Positions 34,724 through 38,586 of a stretch of 38,586 nt of DNA are shown piece by piece. Source of the stretch: Flavobacteriales bacterium (lineage in GTDB: Bacteria; Bacteroidota; Bacteroidia; Flavobacteriales_D; UBA2798); NCBI GenBank assembly GCA_035628535.1, contig DASPJQ010000833.1, forward strand, positions 1 through 38,586, read 5' to 3'. How positions within the stretch are numbered: position 1 is the stretch's first letter; every line of letters starts with the position of its first letter. The position numbers were made by a program, and so were the translations under genes. Below the pieces are notes generated by a model. It did no database searches and was not told where the DNA came from. It was given only the letters and a program-made list of their open reading frames with translations.

Positions 34724-35800
34724 ATGCGAATACGTGGTTGGGTCTGTTTACTGTTACTGTTATCTGCGAATGGGGTTTTCTCCCAGCGTATATGCGGTAT
34801 TAGTTATGATGAAATTGGTAATATTGTTTATTATGCTTACGGAAAAACTATTGAATGTCAAAATATTGAATCAAAAAAAGTTCTTTTTTACAAAAAGCTA
34901 TCGGATGACTCGGTTTTGTTAAAGCAAATCGCCAAAAAAGCATGTCTGCTATTTAAAATTAAAGAGGTAGATGCAAAACAAGAGTTAAGGAAAACTATAA
35001 AAGAATTAAAAATCATTAATGTAACATTCAAAAATTTAAAAGTTTACGTTGGAATAGGGTTTAATTCCCGCTTAACAGAAAACTCTACGGTTATATATGG
35101 AATAATAGCATTATCCAAAAATCTAAAACCAACCAATTTTTATTTGTTTCCAAATACTTCTTCAAAAGAAGTGATGACCCTTACCCCATATTGTGAACTT
35201 GAATTTGTTAGTCCAGATAAGATTGTGTTGCCATTACTTCTAAACGGTGATGTATTAATTTCAAAATACTATTTGAATAAAAATAATGAGGCTCGCAGAT
35301 CCGATACCATCAGGAGAATTAAAATTCCTGCTACAAAGAAAATAGCGAATCCTCAAAAAATCTTATTATCCCCTTTGATTTTTCCAATTACCAATTCTGG
35401 ATACAGCGTTTTTTATCAGTATCCGTATCCAGTGGTATATGGTGCTATAAAAGCTATTGACCCATATAATAAAAAACAATTAATAGATAGCCTGAATACT
35501 GTTCGAAGTAAAAGCAGCGAAGCAAGCAACTGGATCAATCCGTTCAGATTAAATTTTTCGACTGACCATCACGGCTTTTTCCCTTCAATTCTGAGCACAT
35601 ATAAGATTGGAGACACTATCAAAATGCTTGTTTTAAAAGATAATGAGCAAATTGAAATTATCAGCATATCTAGGACGGGAATGAATATTAGACCTTTGCG
35701 GGAGCATATCCCAGACAGTTATTATCTTTTGCGCAGGAATTTTTTATTGCTACTAAAAAGTGAATCCGATAAGTGGATTCTAGAGAGAATAGACACTTAA
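34724..35800 (+). CDS. secreted hypothetical protein (358 aa)
   Basis: It has a signal peptide (WVCLLLLLSANGVFSQ) and starts 8 nt after the previous stop. It shares the compositional bias of its neighbour. Confidence 0.55.
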   Translation: MRIRGWVCLLLLLSANGVFSQRICGISYDEIGNIVYYAYGKTIECQNIESKKVLFYKKLSDDSVLLKQIAKKACLLFKIKEVDAKQELRKTIKELKIINVTFKNLKVYVGIGFNSRLTENSTVIYGIIALSKNLKPTNFYLFPNTSSKEVMTLTPYCELEFVSPDKIVLPLLLNGDVLISKYYLNKNNEARRSDTIRRIKIPATKKIANPQKILLSPLIFPITNSGYSVFYQYPYPVVYGAIKAIDPYNKKQLIDSLNTVRSKSSEASNWINPFRLNFSTDHHGFFPSILSTYKIGDTIKMLVLKDNEQIEIISISRTGMNIRPLREHIPDSYYLLRRNFLLLLKSESDKWILERIDT

Positions 35801-35893
35801 TCTCACCCCAAATATGCAGCCGAACTCACCTAACTGAGATATTCAAGTGATAAATATAATAATAATATTCTTATTGTACGCTTTAAAAATAAT

Positions 35894-36638
35894 TTGAGAA
35901 TTTTTGGAACCATTTTAATTTTCACTTATTGTTTGGGTTGTCCGGCTCGGAAAAAATACGATAAACCAATTGAATTAATTCCTTTCGTTACAGTTGGTTT
36001 TCATTTTCCAAATTATCAAATACCTCCGATCAACAGTTCTCTTCTCCAGCATCATTCAATTATTCAAATTATGGAATTAAAATTGAAAGACAATTTTTCA
36101 AAGATTCGTACCGTCTTTACTTAAACACTACCATTTCAGATATAAGTTTATCAGTAAGCGGTAGCTATTACCTGAAAGCTGATCGCAGATCCACAAAGGC
36201 TACAATGACTGTTAGTCCTAATTATTCAGTCTGGTCTGATTATTCAGTCTGGTCTGTAGGAGCAAGAAAGACAATTGGTAAATGGAATAAAAGAAAAATT
36301 TGCATTTGGAATCAGGAATCAGAATGTTTTTTGCTATTCCTTCAACCGGGACAAATTTTTACGCGAATTATTCAATCTCAGACACTTTGGTTCAATCACA
36401 ATTTACTTACGATAAAATTCGGCCATTTACCATTGTGCCGTATATAGGTGTAGCTTATGACTGTCATTATAAAAGGATAAGGGTCGGTGTTCAATTGTGG
36501 TTTCAAAGGGCATTGCAACCAATGAATCAATATGATTTCAAGGTTAAGTTTGGAAGCAATTTAAATTTTCAGGCTAAAAGCATTACATATGGCATGGCCT
36601 TGGGGACGAATCTGTATTTTAGGTTATTATCATTCTAG
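35894..36638 (+). pseudogene. frameshifted outer-membrane beta-barrel gene
   Basis: Three partial frames read in series: a signal-like start (ILIFTYCLGC), then SFNYSNYGIKIERQFFKDSYRLYLNTTISDISLSVSGSYYLKA, then GVAYDCHYKRIRVGVQLWF...YGMALGTNLYFRLLSF (terminal Phe). At least two frame changes are needed. Confidence 0.5.
36221..36256 (+). repeat. perfect 18-bp tandem duplication (attattcagtctggtctg x2) inside the decayed barrel gene
   Basis: The units 36221-36238 and 36239-36256 are identical. They encode the duplicated peptide (N/D)YSVWS. Confidence 0.8.
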
Positions 36639-36671
36639 CGGTCATTTTTGTTTGACCCATATTTTTAAATA

Positions 36672-36704
36672 AAAAAGTCCCCGGAAGTACCGGGGACTTT
36701 TATT
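36672..36704. terminator. bidirectional rho-independent terminator
   Basis: A 12-bp stem (aaaagtccccgg/ccggggactttt) with a 5-nt loop is flanked by A-tracts and T-tracts. It lies between convergent genes. Confidence 0.7.
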
Positions 36705-37877
36705 TTAGGCTGCAACTGCTGTTACAACTTGCTGGAATGCCATTTGTAGTTTTGGCATTGATTGAACTACTGCCAGTTTCTTTTTGTCTCTTATGTGGGC
36801 ATAAATCATAGTGGCTTCTATGGTCTTATGACCTAACAGCTTTGACAATAACCATAAATCCGCTTCTGGGCAATGTTCTAACACATTGGTAGCAAATGTA
36901 TGCCTAGCCACATGATAGTTCATTTGTTTGGGGTCTAATCCTGCCGCTTTTGCCCATTTTTTAATAGCCCTTTTGACAATTTGATACATTTGCTTACCTT
37001 TTTGATTAGTTTCCTTTATATAGGGAAAAACATAAGGACTTGGAGGTTCTGTTTCACTGACTTTTTTCCTTGCTTTCAGGATTTCTGCCGCTTGATCTGA
37101 AATAGGGATATATTCCAAATCCTCAGTTTTTTCCTGATTGAAGTATAAGAAATACTGTTCCCTACTGTCAAAGGTTTTAACAACTACCTGTTCCCAAGTG
37201 AAGCAATTGGCATCAGACCACCTCAGACCTGTAAAGCAACTGAATAAGTACGACTGTCTTATTTGCTCGTGGATTTTGCAAGGGGTATCTATCAGCAATT
37301 GCAATTCCTCTAGGGTATAAGCATAGATTTTGGTTTTCTGCTTTTTTATCCAGTCCTTTTTTTCTAACTGCTCAAAGGGATTTTGAGGGATAAGCTTTTG
37401 TTTGGCTGCATACTTCAAGGCAAAGTGCAAAGCTTTAAAATAGTCCATAGCACCATTGTTATGCAGATTTGACAGCAAATAGTCCCTGTACTTGATTATC
37501 CAATCCCTGTCAATATGGATAAACAACAAGGTTTTGTTACCCACATATTCTTTCAAATAGTTAAGGTTAAACTTTTGCTGTGGGTATTTGGGGTTGTCCT
37601 CTGCATATTTGGTGTACCAGTCTACAAAATCTGTTCTTAGCAAATTCTTTGCAGCAATACCATTATCCCTTCTCAGTAACTCCAATTCTTTTTTATCCCT
37701 TATTTCCTTAGCAATTATCCATTTTTCTTTGTCAATGTTTCCAGGCTTTGACTTTTTTACATGGATGTCCAAAAATTCTGGATAGCGGTTGCCATAGTGG
37801 TTGATGTCCAAATACAGGGACACATAACCTTTTTGCCCCAAAAGGGGTTTTTCTCGAAGTGTGACACTTAAACTCAT
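36705..37877 (-). CDS. int: tyrosine site-specific recombinase/integrase (Bacteroidota type with N-terminal arm-binding domain)
   Basis: The N-terminus is VSLYLDINHYGNRYPEFLDIHV. Catalytic residues sit in TGLRWSDA (Arg), HVARHTFAT (HxxR) and LLGHKTIEATMIYAHI (His, Tyr). Confidence 0.9.
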   Translation of the reverse strand: MSLSVTLREKPLLGQKGYVSLYLDINHYGNRYPEFLDIHVKKSKPGNIDKEKWIIAKEIRDKKELELLRRDNGIAAKNLLRTDFVDWYTKYAEDNPKYPQQKFNLNYLKEYVGNKTLLFIHIDRDWIIKYRDYLLSNLHNNGAMDYFKALHFALKYAAKQKLIPQNPFEQLEKKDWIKKQKTKIYAYTLEELQLLIDTPCKIHEQIRQSYLFSCFTGLRWSDANCFTWEQVVVKTFDSREQYFLYFNQEKTEDLEYIPISDQAAEILKARKKVSETEPPSPYVFPYIKETNQKGKQMYQIVKRAIKKWAKAAGLDPKQMNYHVARHTFATNVLEHCPEADLWLLSKLLGHKTIEATMIYAHIRDKKKLAVVQSMPKLQMAFQQVVTAVAA

Positions 37878-38222
37878 TTTTTTTTTAATTTAGGGGTTGA
37901 TTTTAGTCCTAAACCCGCAAGAAAATGTAGGCTTGGGAATTTGGTGGGGTACTTGTCCCGCACATGGACCCTTTAAAGAATGTGAGTGACAATACAGTGA
38001 CAAAAACCACCTAAAAAACCCTAAATTTGCCTAAACAGACATGAAAAGAATTTGACGGGACCGCCTGAATATTAATGGAGAACCAAGTTTTATTAACTTT
38101 GTTTGGGCATCAACTAATAATTAAGAGTTATTTGTTATTAGTGCATTGGAATATAACACCGGCATACTGATACACTGATATACTGAATATTGATAGTGAA
38201 TAGTTAATCATTATCTGGCCGC

Positions 38223-38289
38223 CCCCTGAAGCGCAAAGCGAAAGCATCCCGTTTAAAAACACAATAAGCAATCGCTTTCCGCTTCAGGG
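38223..38289. repeat. 18-bp imperfect inverted repeat with ~31-nt spacer
   Basis: ccctgaagcgcaaagcga (38223-38240) and tcgctttccgcttcaggg (38272-38289) are complementary at 17 of 18 positions. Confidence 0.4.
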
Positions 38290-38586
38290 CCGGGTTATCG
38301 CCTATAGTCCTCCTAAAATTTTTCTTAAAAAAAGCCTTGAACAGTCCGGGCTATTTGGCTCTACCCCTGGCGGAAATCTTTCTCATTTAAATTACACTTA
38401 AAATCCCATTAACTGCACCTTGCCTGATAACGAATAGCTGTTAACAAATAACGCCTCCCTAATCAATCACCAACCCTGTAGTAATCTTTATAAAACAATT
38501 ATTTATGAATTTGTCAAAGCTATACGCCCCGTAACGGCAGCCTACCGCCACACCCAATCGTGAGAAACCCGATTTAACCAGGCTGT

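Larger units (their letters stand above)
12814..37877. mobile_element. integrated phage-like element plus integrase-linked cargo (boundaries approximate)
   Basis: A xis-like HTH operon lies at the left and a tyrosine integrase at the right. Lysis, fibre-like and replication/recombination genes lie between them, and composition shifts sharply at 12.8 and 32.5 kb. Exact att sites were not determined. Confidence 0.45.

Noticed and set aside
38130-38180. I considered a fifth copy of the xis-3-prime-end repeat to the right of the integrase (aatataacaccggcatactgata).
   Set aside because: By-eye alignment to the other copies needs several gaps and gives only weak identity. It is not convincing without a formal alignment.
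7030-38215. A 10-nt direct match (aatagttaat) near 7.03 kb and 38.2 kb, and ttgcctaaaca near 7.06 and 38.03 kb, were considered as island att repeats.
   Set aside because: These are short AT-rich matches that are expected by chance in AT-rich intergenic DNA. Their order is also inconsistent between the two ends.
37878-38586. I looked for a tRNA or tmRNA integration target beside the integrase.
   Set aside because: I saw no cloverleaf-compatible sequence or T-loop consensus (GGTTCGAATCC-like) in this stretch or elsewhere in the window.

Overview
The window is a Bacteroidota-type chromosome segment. Supporting features are carotenoid genes, a CarboxypepD_reg-type TonB-dependent receptor, T9SS C-terminal sorting domains, and pyruvate kinase paired with an IPExxxVDY protein. 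Core genes occupy about 1-7.0 kb. From about 7.3 kb to about 38.2 kb the window is accessory DNA in three modules, and degenerate copies of the 3-prime end of an excisionase-like HTH gene sit at the module junctions. (i) 7.35-12.8 kb holds an AraC remnant, DoxX, a TauE/SafE permease, an outer-membrane protein and a complete type I Thoeris defence operon (SIR2-SLOG ThsA plus three TIR-type ThsB genes). (ii) 12.8-32.5 kb is an integrated phage-like element. It starts with a leftward xis-like operon and a lipoprotein/small-membrane-protein pair. Next comes a 1.07-kb ORF-free control region holding two tandem ~115-nt multi-tier hairpins with compensatory base changes and several phased short repeats. 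About 30 tightly packed rightward genes follow: paralogous small HTH proteins, many membrane proteins, a transglutaminase-like protein, beta-rich candidate structural proteins, a peptidoglycan-binding/amidase/YkuD-like/holin-like/u-spanin-like lysis block, a fibre-like protein, a RadC-JAB protein and a RadA-like P-loop protein. I could not recognise a terminase, portal, HK97-type capsid or tail gene. (iii) 32.5-38.2 kb is a very AT-rich cassette of three secreted proteins, a frameshifted outer-membrane barrel gene and a tyrosine integrase. The most unusual items are the phage-like element without tailed-phage hallmarks (candidate non-tailed, membrane-containing virus or a new kind of mobile element), the tandem covarying hairpins, and the recurrent xis-3-prime-end repeats. 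All family names come from motif recognition by eye, and no database search was run.
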